Below are positions 27,556 through 36,536 of a DNA stretch of 64,000 nt, piece by piece. The stretch comes from Candidatus Micrarchaeia archaeon. Its GTDB lineage: Archaea > Micrarchaeota > Micrarchaeia > Anstonellales > Anstonellaceae. The notes under the pieces are model-generated. The model was not told the origin of the DNA, ran no database searches, and worked only from the letters and a program-made list of their open reading frames with translations. Location of the stretch: positions 10,705 through 74,704 of the forward strand of contig JBAYMR010000006.1 in NCBI GenBank assembly GCA_041663445.1, read 5' to 3'. The position numbers and the translations under genes are program-made. Positions within the stretch are counted from its first letter, which is position 1; each line of letters opens with the position of its first letter.

Positions 27556-28290
27556 GTGGTCATGGTGTCACGCGAACTTCTTCCGATATCAATAATCATC
27601 CTGATGTTTGCAATCGGTTTTTTTGCCGGCCCGCTGGTCAAGACCAACTATGACGGGCAGGTGCCTGCGCAATGGGGCGAGAACGGAATGGTGTCCGGCT
27701 GGGAAAGCAAGGCAGTCTCCCTTTACCTGGTGCCAGTGCTCGCCGCAATTTTCTACGCCGCGTTCATGTCCCTTCCGCACCTGGGAATCTACAAGCGCGA
27801 TGCAGAGCATTTCGCCAGCCAGTTCCAGGGCTTCAAGGTGATTTTCGTATTCGTGATGGCGGTGATTTACGTCGCCACGCTCATTCCCGCGCTTGGCATC
27901 TGGGGCAGCTTTGACCCGCTATACATAATGGTGCCGGCAATCGCGCTCATTTTCTTCTATGTCGGATACATGCTCAACTTCGGGCACCCTGCCGCGCAAT
28001 CCAGCTCCGACAGGAGCAGGCTGGAGGCGAGCGAGCGCACATGGGAAAACGCCAACAGGTTCGGAAGCATGCTCTTCTGGCTCTGCGCCGCGCTCATCCT
28101 CGCCGCGCTCGTTGCGCCTGCCGACGCGCGCTTGTGGCTCCTGCTGCTTCCGCTCATCCTCTGCGCGCTTGCGGTTTTCTCCTACTCCCTCCACGAATAC
28201 AGGAAGACGTGCCGTATGCACGGCATATTCGCGCAGGCAAAACAGGCGCCAAGCAAGGGCAAGAAGGCAGGGAAGAAAGGGCGCAAGTAA
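27556..28290 (+). CDS. DUF1648/SdpI-like membrane protein
   Basis: 244 aa. VPAQWGENGMVSGWESKAVSLYLVPVL matches the DUF1648 pattern. Additional TM helices and a Lys-rich tail. Confidence 0.6.
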   Translation: MVMVSRELLPISIIILMFAIGFFAGPLVKTNYDGQVPAQWGENGMVSGWESKAVSLYLVPVLAAIFYAAFMSLPHLGIYKRDAEHFASQFQGFKVIFVFVMAVIYVATLIPALGIWGSFDPLYIMVPAIALIFFYVGYMLNFGHPAAQSSSDRSRLEASERTWENANRFGSMLFWLCAALILAALVAPADARLWLLLLPLILCALAVFSYSLHEYRKTCRMHGIFAQAKQAPSKGKKAGKKGRK

Positions 28291-28354
28291 GTAGAGGCTG
28301 CGCACGCGCAGATAGAGATAAATAGAGATAAGCGAATGCAGAAATAGCCGCGCT

Positions 28355-28981
28355 TCAGGCTGGCTCGCGGCATTTTATTATCAAGTCCTTGCCTATCTGC
28401 CTTTTCGTGATTTGCTGCCCTTCCATATATTGTATGTACTCAAACCCAAACGTCTTGTAGTCCAGCACGCCGGGCGAGGAAGTGGAATTCTGGCAGACCG
28501 AGGAGGCGCCACCGACCCAACCTTTTGAGGTGGAGACGCCATCACTCGAGTATACGTACCTATTGCAAGGCAAGCCATACCAGCTGCTAACTGCAATGTA
28601 TTTCTCTTCTCCAGGTGCCAAATAGTAGTAGTCGCTGAGATTTTGAAGACCGGTGAGCCCGCAGTAATCTGCCAAGTACTGTGTTATCTTGCCACCATCT
28701 CCTCCGATAATGCCAGTTATCCTTATCGGGTACATTCCAGTATTCCTGAGCAACAAATATGGATATGTAACAGAGTTCCATGACCCTGCTCTCGCCCCAG
28801 TCTCCACAATCGCAATCGGCGTCGCGCTTCTCCAGTAAATCTGCGACTGCGTGATTTGCGCGTCGGATGCCATTCCTGGAAAGAAACCGAGCAAGGCAAC
28901 AGAAACGAGAGCGACAATCAGCACTACTGCAAGAAGAACAAGGTATTCAGTTGCGCCCTGCGCGCGATAACAATTCCGCAT
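28355..28981 (-). CDS. Archaeal type IV pilin-like protein (class III signal peptide), paralog 1
   Basis: 208 aa from ATG 28981. MRNCYRAQGATEYLVLLAVVLIVALVSVALLGF is a class III (prepilin-like) signal. The N- and C-terminal blocks are nearly identical to 30480-31127. Confidence 0.7.
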   Translation of the reverse strand: MRNCYRAQGATEYLVLLAVVLIVALVSVALLGFFPGMASDAQITQSQIYWRSATPIAIVETGARAGSWNSVTYPYLLLRNTGMYPIRITGIIGGDGGKITQYLADYCGLTGLQNLSDYYYLAPGEEKYIAVSSWYGLPCNRYVYSSDGVSTSKGWVGGASSVCQNSTSSPGVLDYKTFGFEYIQYMEGQQITKRQIGKDLIIKCREPA

Positions 28982-29157
28982 GCTTATTGCGAATGAGGCA
29001 GAACTTTTATTCCTATGCACCGTGCCTGCGCGCGTTTCGTCAAACCGGCTTCAGGCTGAACTTCTTTTCCCTTTCCGAGAAACAGATGTGGAAATTCTCA
29101 AAGAAGCCCGCGCGCCCAAGGATGACTGGCAGCTGCATGCGCCGTCTTCGCCGGAAG

Positions 29158-29219
29158 GTGGAAAACATGACCATTCGCAATGCCATAAAAGTGGAAAACA
29201 TGACCGTCTGCACGGTCAT
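29158..29219. promoter_or_regulatory. 15-bp direct repeat pair plus palindrome in a divergent promoter region
   Basis: GTGGAAAACATGACC occurs at 29158-29172 and 29191-29205, a 33-bp period. The second copy runs into the palindrome ATGACCG tctgca CGGTCAT (29200-29219). The AAA ATPase ATG is at 29261. Confidence 0.5.
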
Positions 29220-29260
29220 TATTTCCAAAGCATTTTAAACTTTGGCGCCAATATCGTGGC

Positions 29261-30472
29261 ATGGAAATCGAGCGGCAGAACCCTCATTGGGAGGATGGCT
29301 TTGCATACCCCTACGGCAAGAAACGGCAAGCGTTCGAAAGCCTCTGGCGCTCCTCAAAATCCGGGCACATAACCGCAATTTACGGGCTGCGGAGGGTCGG
29401 CAAGTCCGTGCTCCTCAAGCAGCTCATAAACGAGGCGATACAATCCGGCGCCGAGCGCAGAAGCGTGCTCTATTTCTCATTCGACGAGGAAAAGCCAGAC
29501 TTCTGGGACGTGCTGCACGAATTCGAGAAAATCCAGGGCAGGAAAGCGGACGCAAAAAGCTGGCTGTTTTTCGACGAAGTGCAAAAAGTCCCCGACTGGC
29601 GCGCGAAAATAAAGGTGCTTTACGACACGTCGTTTGCCAGGATATTCATCAGCGGCTCCAATTCATCCGGCATAAGGAAGGGCGGCGAAAGCCTTGCGGG
29701 CAGGATAAACGAATTTTGCCTTCCCGAGCTGTCCTTCCGCGAGTTTTTGGAGTTCAGGGGCAAGGGCAGCCTGCCTTCATCAGGCATGGAAAGGGCGGCA
29801 GAGCTTGAATTCCTGGATTATGCAAGGCGCCCATTTCCCGAAACGGTGCTGAATCGCAGCCTGGACCCGAAGGAATACGCCTCCTCCATAGCGAGGAAAA
29901 TCATCTTCGAGGACCTGGCGTCATCTTTCCCTATTGATGAACCTGAGCTTCTCAACACGTTGTTCCTCCTGGTGTGCAAAAGCCCGGGCATGCTGCTTGA
30001 TTATGGGCGGATAGCATCTGATTTAGGGCGGAACCGCAAGACCATCTCGCTTTACATGGACTACCTCTGCTATGGCTTTTTGGCAAGGAAGCTCTTCAAT
30101 TTCTCGCCAAATATGCTCTCATCAGAGAAGAAGCTCAAGAAATTCTACCCGAGCCTTGCCGCCTTTTGCGACTGCGATGAGCCGCGCTTCATGGAAACTG
30201 CGATGGCACAGTGCATCAAGCCAGAGTTTTTCTGGAGGCACAAGGATAGGTTCGAAGTGGACTTTGTGGCAAAATCCCCCCTCGCCGCATTTGAGCTCAA
30301 ATACAGCAACCTGCTCTCCTCCTCAGACTGGACTGGCCTTCGGAAATTCAAGGCTGCCTTCCCGCGCGCTTCGATATGCATGATTTCCAAAAAGCCGCAG
30401 AAGAATGCCGTTCCTTATTACATGGTGGAAAGCATCCTCGCCGGGTTGCGCGCGCCGCGCAAGCGGAAATAG
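29261..30472 (+). CDS. AAA+ ATPase of the DUF4143 / COG1373 type
   Basis: 403 aa. Walker A-like YGLRRVGKSVLL, Walker B LFFDEVQ, and the C-terminal part typical of the DUF4143 family. Confidence 0.8.
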   Translation: MEIERQNPHWEDGFAYPYGKKRQAFESLWRSSKSGHITAIYGLRRVGKSVLLKQLINEAIQSGAERRSVLYFSFDEEKPDFWDVLHEFEKIQGRKADAKSWLFFDEVQKVPDWRAKIKVLYDTSFARIFISGSNSSGIRKGGESLAGRINEFCLPELSFREFLEFRGKGSLPSSGMERAAELEFLDYARRPFPETVLNRSLDPKEYASSIARKIIFEDLASSFPIDEPELLNTLFLLVCKSPGMLLDYGRIASDLGRNRKTISLYMDYLCYGFLARKLFNFSPNMLSSEKKLKKFYPSLAAFCDCDEPRFMETAMAQCIKPEFFWRHKDRFEVDFVAKSPLAAFELKYSNLLSSSDWTGLRKFKAAFPRASICMISKKPQKNAVPYYMVESILAGLRAPRKRK

Positions 30473-30479
30473 CCGCGCT

Positions 30480-31127
30480 TCAGGCAGGCTCACGGCATTT
30501 TATTATCAAATCCTTGCCAATCTGCCTTTTCGTGATTTGCTGCCCTTCCATATATTGTATGTACTCAAACCCAAACGTCTTGTAATCCAGCGCGCCGGGC
30601 GAGGAAGTGGAGTTCTGGCAGACGGAGGAGGCGCCACGGATACTCATACCTGAGCTGTTGCCGCCAACATACGAGACTATGAATCGATTGCAAGTCAGCC
30701 CATACCAGCTGCCACCAGGTGCAACATATTCCTCTTCACCTGGCGCCAGATAGTAATAATCGGATATGCTGTATGAGCCAGCCGTGGCAGGGGTGCACGC
30801 GGTATTATTTGTACTAGTGTAAAAAGTCGTCGCCTTGCTGCCATCCCCGCCGATTATTCCCGTTATCCTTATTGGATACATTCCTGTATTCCTGAGCAGC
30901 AAATATGGGTACGTGGCAGCGTCAAATGATGCTGCCCTCGCCCCAGTCTCCACAATCGCAATCGGCGTCGCGCTTCTCCAGTAAATCTGCGACTGCGTGA
31001 TTTGCGCGTCGGATGCCATTCCTGGGAAAAAGCCCAAAAGCGCGACAGAAACAAGCGCGACAATCAACACTACTGCAAGAAGAACAAGGTATTCAGTTGC
31101 GCCCTGCGCGCGATAACAATTCCGCAT
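30480..31127 (-). CDS. Archaeal type IV pilin-like protein (class III signal peptide), paralog 2
   Basis: 215 aa. The first ~66 aa and last ~50 aa are nearly identical to paralog 1. The central region is divergent. Confidence 0.7.
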   Translation of the reverse strand: MRNCYRAQGATEYLVLLAVVLIVALVSVALLGFFPGMASDAQITQSQIYWRSATPIAIVETGARAASFDAATYPYLLLRNTGMYPIRITGIIGGDGSKATTFYTSTNNTACTPATAGSYSISDYYYLAPGEEEYVAPGGSWYGLTCNRFIVSYVGGNSSGMSIRGASSVCQNSTSSPGALDYKTFGFEYIQYMEGQQITKRQIGKDLIIKCREPA

Positions 31128-31187
31128 GCCTACTGCGAGAGAAGACGAAGCTTTTATTGTTATTCCTTTCCGTCAATTTGCCTTAAG

Positions 31188-32594
31188 CTATTTATTTTTC
31201 TTCCTGCTCTCTTTCTTGTGCTCCGCATACTCCATGAATCTCGCCACGGCGCGCATGGCCGATGACGGCGAGGCGTAGGTGGGCACGCCATAGGACTCCA
31301 TTATCCTCTTGTGCATCTCCGTGTATTCCCCGCCGGTGCACACCGCGATTATGGGCTTCTGCCTCAAGTCCGACGCGCGGATGGCGATGTTCGCCACCCC
31401 GGAGTCAATCGCCGCGGTCTGGAAAAGTATGATGAGGACTATGATGTCCACGTTCTCGTCCTTCATCATGGCGTTTATCGCAATTTCGTAGCGGTGCGAG
31501 TCCGCGTCGCCGATGATGTCGAGCGGGTTCCTCACGTTCGCATACGGCGGCAGCGCAAGCCGCAGCGATGCGTTTGTGGCGTCCGAGAGCGCGGCTAGCG
31601 CCAGCTTCTCCTCCTCCAGCGAGTCGGTTGCCAGCACGCCCATGCCGCCTCCGTTCGTGATTATGCCCACCCGCTTCCCCTTCGGGAGCGGCTGGTCGAA
31701 AATCTTCGCAAAGTCAAACAGCTGCTCCAGCGTCTCGGCCTCAATCATGCGCGCCTGCCTGAACGCCGCCTTGTAGGCCTCAGCCGCGCCGGCAAGGGCG
31801 CCCGTGTGCGACTTTGCCGCTTCCGCGCCTGCCGCGCTCTTCCCCGCCTTTATCACAACCACCGGCTTTTTCGGGGTGATTTTTCTTGCGACTTCCAAAA
31901 GCCTCCTGCCGTCCTTCACGCCTTCGAGGTAAACGACTATTATCTCGGTTTCCTTGTCGTTTGCAAGGTACTCGAGCAAATCGCACTCGTTTATCACCGC
32001 GGCATTCCCGTAGGAAACGAACTTGCTCATGCCTATGCCCACCCTCGCGGCAAGGTCAACTATGCAGCCGCCCACCGCGCCGGACTGGGATATGAATGCG
32101 ATTTTCCCCACGCGCGGCCTTCCCAGCTTGTAAATCGGCAGGAACACGGAGTCCACGCGCGTCGCGGGGTTGAGCACGCCCATGCAGTTCGGGCCAATCA
32201 GCGCAATGCCGTACTTCTCAGCAATCGCGGCGATTTTCTTCTCCTCGTCCCCCTTTCCCACTTCGGAAAAGCCGCCTGTTATCAGCACCACGCCCCTGAT
32301 TCCCTTCTTCCCGCACTCCTCCAGCACGCCCGCCACCACCGCGGCAGGCACGGCAATCACCGCCGAGTCCACCTTCTCCTTGATGTCAAGCACGCTCCTG
32401 TACGAGCGCAGGCCAAGTATCTCCTCGGCGCCCGGGTTTATCGGATATATCCTCCCGCCAAAGCCGCCGTCTATGAAGTTCTTCACTATCACGTGCCCTA
32501 TCTTGTTCGGCTCGCGGCTTGCCCCTATGACCGCAATGCTGCCCGGGCGGAACACCGCGTCGAGATTCCTGATTTTTTTTGAAAGTGCGACCAT
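31188..32594 (-). CDS. acdA: Acetyl-CoA synthetase (ADP-forming), alpha subunit (CoA-binding / CoA-ligase domains)
   Basis: 468 aa. PGSIAVIGASREPNKIGH, GPNCMGVLN, and phosphohistidine-region SHTGALAG. Confidence 0.85.
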   Translation of the reverse strand: MVALSKKIRNLDAVFRPGSIAVIGASREPNKIGHVIVKNFIDGGFGGRIYPINPGAEEILGLRSYRSVLDIKEKVDSAVIAVPAAVVAGVLEECGKKGIRGVVLITGGFSEVGKGDEEKKIAAIAEKYGIALIGPNCMGVLNPATRVDSVFLPIYKLGRPRVGKIAFISQSGAVGGCIVDLAARVGIGMSKFVSYGNAAVINECDLLEYLANDKETEIIVVYLEGVKDGRRLLEVARKITPKKPVVVIKAGKSAAGAEAAKSHTGALAGAAEAYKAAFRQARMIEAETLEQLFDFAKIFDQPLPKGKRVGIITNGGGMGVLATDSLEEEKLALAALSDATNASLRLALPPYANVRNPLDIIGDADSHRYEIAINAMMKDENVDIIVLIILFQTAAIDSGVANIAIRASDLRQKPIIAVCTGGEYTEMHKRIMESYGVPTYASPSSAMRAVARFMEYAEHKKESRKKNK

Positions 32595-32606
32595 GCGACA
32601 ACCGTT

Positions 32607-33221
32607 TTACCTCAATATCCTCATGTCCACCGCAACGCAGCCCTTCTCGTCTGCCATGAGCGGGTTGATGTCGAACTCGGCGGGGTTTTCCTTTTCCAAA
32701 AGCCTCGAGGCGTTGACAAGCGCATCCACAAGCGCAGATTGGTTGACGGGCTTCCTGCCCCTCGCGCCTGCAAGTATCGGGTATGCACGAAGCTCGTGTA
32801 TCATTTCCTGCGCGTCTTTTTTTGTGATGGGGCACACGCGGAACACGACGTCCCTCATGACCTCCACAAATATCCCGCCCATCCCGAGCATGATGAGCTG
32901 CCCGAACTGCGCGTCGCGCTTGCCGCCGATGATGAGCTCCACGCTTTCCTTGCCCGCCATCTTCTGCACCACAACCCCGTCAATCTTCACCTGCGCGAAG
33001 CGCGCGATGAGCAGGTCGTAGGCTTTCTGCGCCTCGTCCCTGTTTTTCAATCCCAGAATCACGCCGCCCCTGTCGGTCTTGTGCAGCACCTGTGCTGACG
33101 ATATCTTGAGCGCAACAGGGTAACCCATCCTCTCAGCCGCCTCGAGCGCCTGCATGCGCGTCTGCGCGACTTCGGTCTTGGGGCAGCTTATGCCATATTT
33201 AGAAAGCAGTGGGAAGTCCAT
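32607..33221 (-). CDS. acdB: Acetyl-CoA synthetase (ADP-forming), beta subunit (ATP-grasp)
   Basis: 204 aa. GYPVALKISSAQVLHKTDRGGV is typical of the ACD ATP-grasp subunit. Lies immediately upstream of acdA. Confidence 0.8.
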   Translation of the reverse strand: MDFPLLSKYGISCPKTEVAQTRMQALEAAERMGYPVALKISSAQVLHKTDRGGVILGLKNRDEAQKAYDLLIARFAQVKIDGVVVQKMAGKESVELIIGGKRDAQFGQLIMLGMGGIFVEVMRDVVFRVCPITKKDAQEMIHELRAYPILAGARGRKPVNQSALVDALVNASRLLEKENPAEFDINPLMADEKGCVAVDMRILR

Positions 33222-33229
33222 GGAATCAC

Positions 33230-33290
33230 GAATTCATTGCCAGTTGGGCGATATCGAGCTGTGCAGCGGAGTGCCTTCAGTCGAATTCAT
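33230..33290. repeat. Structured intergenic repeat, copy A
   Basis: GAATTCAT-TGCCAGTTGGGCGAT-atcgaGCTGTGCAGCGGagt-GCCTTCAGTC-GAATTCAT. Confidence 0.75.
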
Positions 33291-33333
33291 CCGTCGTCCG
33301 CCTTCGGGCACGGGCCGTGCAGCCCTGCGCAGG

Positions 33334-34188
33334 CTAAACCATTTTTGAAATCATGGAGTAGACCGCGCCTGCGAATACCACTATGGCGATTATTATCAGG
33401 AGAATCCACGCCCAGTATTCCGTAACATAGTACTTGAGCTTGGAGGCCATCCTGCGCTGCTGTTCCTGCTTCTTGATTTCCTCGGGGCTTTTCGGCACGG
33501 GCGGCTGCTCTTCCTTTTTCTTCTGCGCGTGCTCATGCCCCTTGCGGTGCTCCTGCGCGTGGCCGCCCTCTTCCTTCTGCTGCCCGTGCGCAGGCTGCTC
33601 CTGCTTCTTCTCATCGTGCTCCAGTCCGCGCAGTATGTGGAATATGTCCCCTTTCTCGCCCGTTTCCACTCCCTTTTCCTTCTTCTCCTCAGCCTGCGCA
33701 GACGGCTGGGCTGTTGGCACGGGCGCCCCCTGCACCTTCACCCCGCCGGTGGAGTTGAACCCCTGCTCGGTGAGCATGAGATTGACCTTGCTCGAGCGGA
33801 CCTCGAAATCCATGAAGCTTTGCGCCACCATCTTGTTTATGTGGTACGCCAGGTCGCCGCTCCGTATGTTGAGCTGCGACTGCAGCGCCTCGGGGTCCTT
33901 TGCCCCGCCCGCAAGCGCATGCAAAAGCGCGTTGTCAAGCGGCTCGATTGGCTCCGCCGCCTTCTTTTCCGCAAGCGCCAGTATTCCCATTCCCGCGTCG
34001 GTAATCGTTACCTTGCTTATCCCGCCAATCGAGGTCTCGATGCTGATGTATCCCTTGATTTTCACGGTGCCCAGCAGGTTCGCGGTCTCGAAAAACGAGG
34101 TGTTTATCTGGCTGCCGAAATTCTCGACAGACGAGTTGGCGTCTATCTTCTTCAGTATTACCAGGTCCAGGAAAGTTAGTTCGTTCAT
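33334..34188 (-). CDS. Tail-anchored protein: two winged-helix-like units, H/E/K/Q-rich linker, C-terminal TM helix
   Basis: 284 aa. Low-complexity segment EHDEKKQEQPAHGQQKEEGGHAQEHRKGHEHAQKKKEEQ, then YWAWILLIIIAIVVFAGAVYSMI. Confidence 0.55.
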   Translation of the reverse strand: MNELTFLDLVILKKIDANSSVENFGSQINTSFFETANLLGTVKIKGYISIETSIGGISKVTITDAGMGILALAEKKAAEPIEPLDNALLHALAGGAKDPEALQSQLNIRSGDLAYHINKMVAQSFMDFEVRSSKVNLMLTEQGFNSTGGVKVQGAPVPTAQPSAQAEEKKEKGVETGEKGDIFHILRGLEHDEKKQEQPAHGQQKEEGGHAQEHRKGHEHAQKKKEEQPPVPKSPEEIKKQEQQRRMASKLKYYVTEYWAWILLIIIAIVVFAGAVYSMISKMV

Positions 34189-34237
34189 GGTTTTCCCCTG
34201 ACGCTATCCTCGGATAACTTTTATATAGCCTCCCTAC

Positions 34238-34253
34238 CCCTGCCCGGGCAGGG
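34238..34253. promoter_or_regulatory. 16-bp perfect palindrome in a divergent intergenic region
   Basis: CCCTGCCCGGGCAGGG, lying between CTTTTATATAG (34218-34228) and CTCTTTAAACATAG (about 34282-34295), which are TATA-like boxes. Confidence 0.4.
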
Positions 34254-34316
34254 CGCCAGCCGGGGCTGGGATGGGCATCCCTCTTTAAACATAGCCGCGC
34301 AATTCCCGCACATACG

Positions 34317-35576
34317 GTGATGAAAATGGCGGCGAAAGACAAACTTACGTTCCTAGGCGCGGCGGGCGAGGTGGGCAGGAGCAGCGTCCTGATATCCTCG
34401 CAGGACGAGATAATGCTGGACTGCGGGCTCAAGATACACTCCGAAACCCCGTATCCGGTGGAGCCGCCTGCGCAGCCTGATTTTGTGGTGCTGTCTCACG
34501 CGCATCTTGACCACTCCGGCTTCCTGCCGGCGCTTTACCGCCACCACACGCCGGAAATGATTTGCACCCCTGCGACGGCTGCAATGGCGGAAATAATCAT
34601 TGACGACTCCATGCGCCTCATGGAAAAGCGCGGCGAGTTCCCCTACCGCCCGGCGCAGATAAAGCAGCTCCACCAGAACACCACGCTCCTTTCCTACAAG
34701 AAATGGTATGAAGCAGGGGAATCAACGGTGACGCTTCACCAGGCGGGGCACATACCCGGCGCATCTTTCGTGGAGGTTGACACCGGCTCGTCGCGCATCG
34801 TGTACACCGGAGACTTCAAGGGCGAGGAAACGAAGACGACATTCGCGTCCGAGCCTCCGCCTGCCAACCCCGACGCGCTCGTGATGGAAAGCACCTATTC
34901 TGACCGCGACCACCCGCCGCGCAAGGAGCTTGAAATCCAGATGAAATCGCTGGTGGAGGAAACGCTCGGGCAGGGCGGCACGGTCCTTCTCCCGGCATTC
35001 GCAATCGGCAGGACGCAGGAGCTCATCAGGATAATCCGCTCATTCAACCGCGACTGCGACATCTGGGTGGACGGCATGGGCGCCCGCGTCTCGGAGACGC
35101 TGTCCCACCACTCGCACTACGTTAAGGACTTCAAGCGCTTCAAGAACGACCTGGACACCTGCAAGAACATCCACCACCCTGGCGAGCGCGGCAAGGTGCT
35201 CAAGCGCCCTGGCGTGGTGATAGCGACTGCCGGCATGCTCCAGGGCGGGCCTGCGCTTGGCTACCTCCTGAAAATGACCCAGGAATCGCGCGCGATATTC
35301 ACGGGCTACTGCGTCGAGGACACGAACGGCTACAACCTCATCAACAAGGGGTATGTGGAATACGACGGCGTGAAAATCAGGCCCAAGGCGCCGTGGAGCT
35401 ATCTTGACTTTTCCGCGCACGCGGGGCGCTCGGAACTGTTTGCCCTCGTGGAGACGCTCAAGCCTAAAAAGGTGTTCTGCATCCACGGCGACGCGTGCCA
35501 GAAGTTCGCGGACGACCTCGCGCTTGAAGGGTTCGATGCAACCGCGCCGAAACTAGGCGAGACCGTCGAGATTTAG
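34317..35576 (+). CDS. Metallo-beta-lactamase / beta-CASP ribonuclease (aCPSF2-like, no KH domains)
   Basis: 419 aa. VVLSHAHLDHSGFLP (HxHxDH), with later D/H motifs (HQAGHIPG, YTGDF, ESTY, FSAHAG, IHGD). Confidence 0.85.
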   Translation: MMKMAAKDKLTFLGAAGEVGRSSVLISSQDEIMLDCGLKIHSETPYPVEPPAQPDFVVLSHAHLDHSGFLPALYRHHTPEMICTPATAAMAEIIIDDSMRLMEKRGEFPYRPAQIKQLHQNTTLLSYKKWYEAGESTVTLHQAGHIPGASFVEVDTGSSRIVYTGDFKGEETKTTFASEPPPANPDALVMESTYSDRDHPPRKELEIQMKSLVEETLGQGGTVLLPAFAIGRTQELIRIIRSFNRDCDIWVDGMGARVSETLSHHSHYVKDFKRFKNDLDTCKNIHHPGERGKVLKRPGVVIATAGMLQGGPALGYLLKMTQESRAIFTGYCVEDTNGYNLINKGYVEYDGVKIRPKAPWSYLDFSAHAGRSELFALVETLKPKKVFCIHGDACQKFADDLALEGFDATAPKLGETVEI

Positions 35577-35618
35577 CTCGGGGTTTTTGCAGGCGTGGCG
35601 CTTTCTTTCAGTTTTCAA

Positions 35619-36503
35619 TCAGTCATAGCCCGCATACGCCTGGCGCGTCTTGTCCACTTTCAGCCCTATCATTGTTCCGGCGCCGCCAAGAAGGTTTTTC
35701 ACGTCATCGTATATGCGCTTGGTTTCCCTGTCAACCGCGCCGTAGAATTTTTCGAGCGGGCTGCCCCACTCGATTGTGGACATGCTGTTCCTGCATATTG
35801 AATAGCCGTCAACCATGTAGCCGCTGGCAACAACGTACAGGTCCGCGTATATCATGTTCCTGCTCATGCCTGCCAGGATTGAATCCGCTCCCTTGGTTTT
35901 TCCAAACGACTCTATCGTTTTGCAGTCATAAACGTCAGTGAGGACGAACATGACTTTTATGGCGTCCATTTCCCTGTCAGCCGACTTGAAAAGCACATGC
36001 ACGCCGTTTGCTGTTTTCTTTGCATGGGCGTCCATCTCCATCATGTCAAACGCCTTTGCGATTTCCCTGAATTCGCCGGTAAACGCGCGAATGCCCCACG
36101 TCTTTTCCACGATGGGCACCTGCTGCCTTGCCTTTACTATGATGGGCCATGCCTCATTTCCGTTTGCCAGCAGGTCTAAGGCGCTTTTGTCGGAATCAGG
36201 CATTTTATGCACGTGGTGCTGGTAATGGGTGTATATAAACGAGAGGTCGTCGCCGCCTTTTACCTGCGGCGCGCCCTCCAGTGCCTTCAAGCTTGAACCA
36301 ATGGATATGTCTGCCAGCCCGCCTTTGCCGTTGCAGCGGCCCACGCAGCCCCCTGCCCACGGCATGTTGTAGCGGAGGAACACATTCAGCCTCTTGTCCT
36401 CCTCAATGCACGATGGCACGGACAGGGAACGGGCCCGGATTTTCGTCTCATTCAGGATATTGCGCGATGGAAGTATTGGTGCCATGAGGGATTTTATGTC
36501 CAT
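35619..36503 (-). CDS. Hypothetical protein (globular, function not recognised)
   Basis: 294 aa from ATG 36503. The longer ORF-track version (to 36719) is an artefact of translating a T-rich tract as poly-Phe/Ser. Confidence 0.55.
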   Translation of the reverse strand: MDIKSLMAPILPSRNILNETKIRARSLSVPSCIEEDKRLNVFLRYNMPWAGGCVGRCNGKGGLADISIGSSLKALEGAPQVKGGDDLSFIYTHYQHHVHKMPDSDKSALDLLANGNEAWPIIVKARQQVPIVEKTWGIRAFTGEFREIAKAFDMMEMDAHAKKTANGVHVLFKSADREMDAIKVMFVLTDVYDCKTIESFGKTKGADSILAGMSRNMIYADLYVVASGYMVDGYSICRNSMSTIEWGSPLEKFYGAVDRETKRIYDDVKNLLGGAGTMIGLKVDKTRQAYAGYD

Positions 36504-36536
36504 ATATGTTTTAAACCAGGCGGCTGCCCGGTAGCC

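Noticed and set aside
29040-29228. 62-aa minus-strand ORF in the pilin/ATPase intergenic region with a repeated VMFSTF peptide.
   Set aside because: The peptide repeat is just the translation of the 15-bp DNA direct repeat. There are no start-site signals, so a regulatory-site interpretation is preferred.
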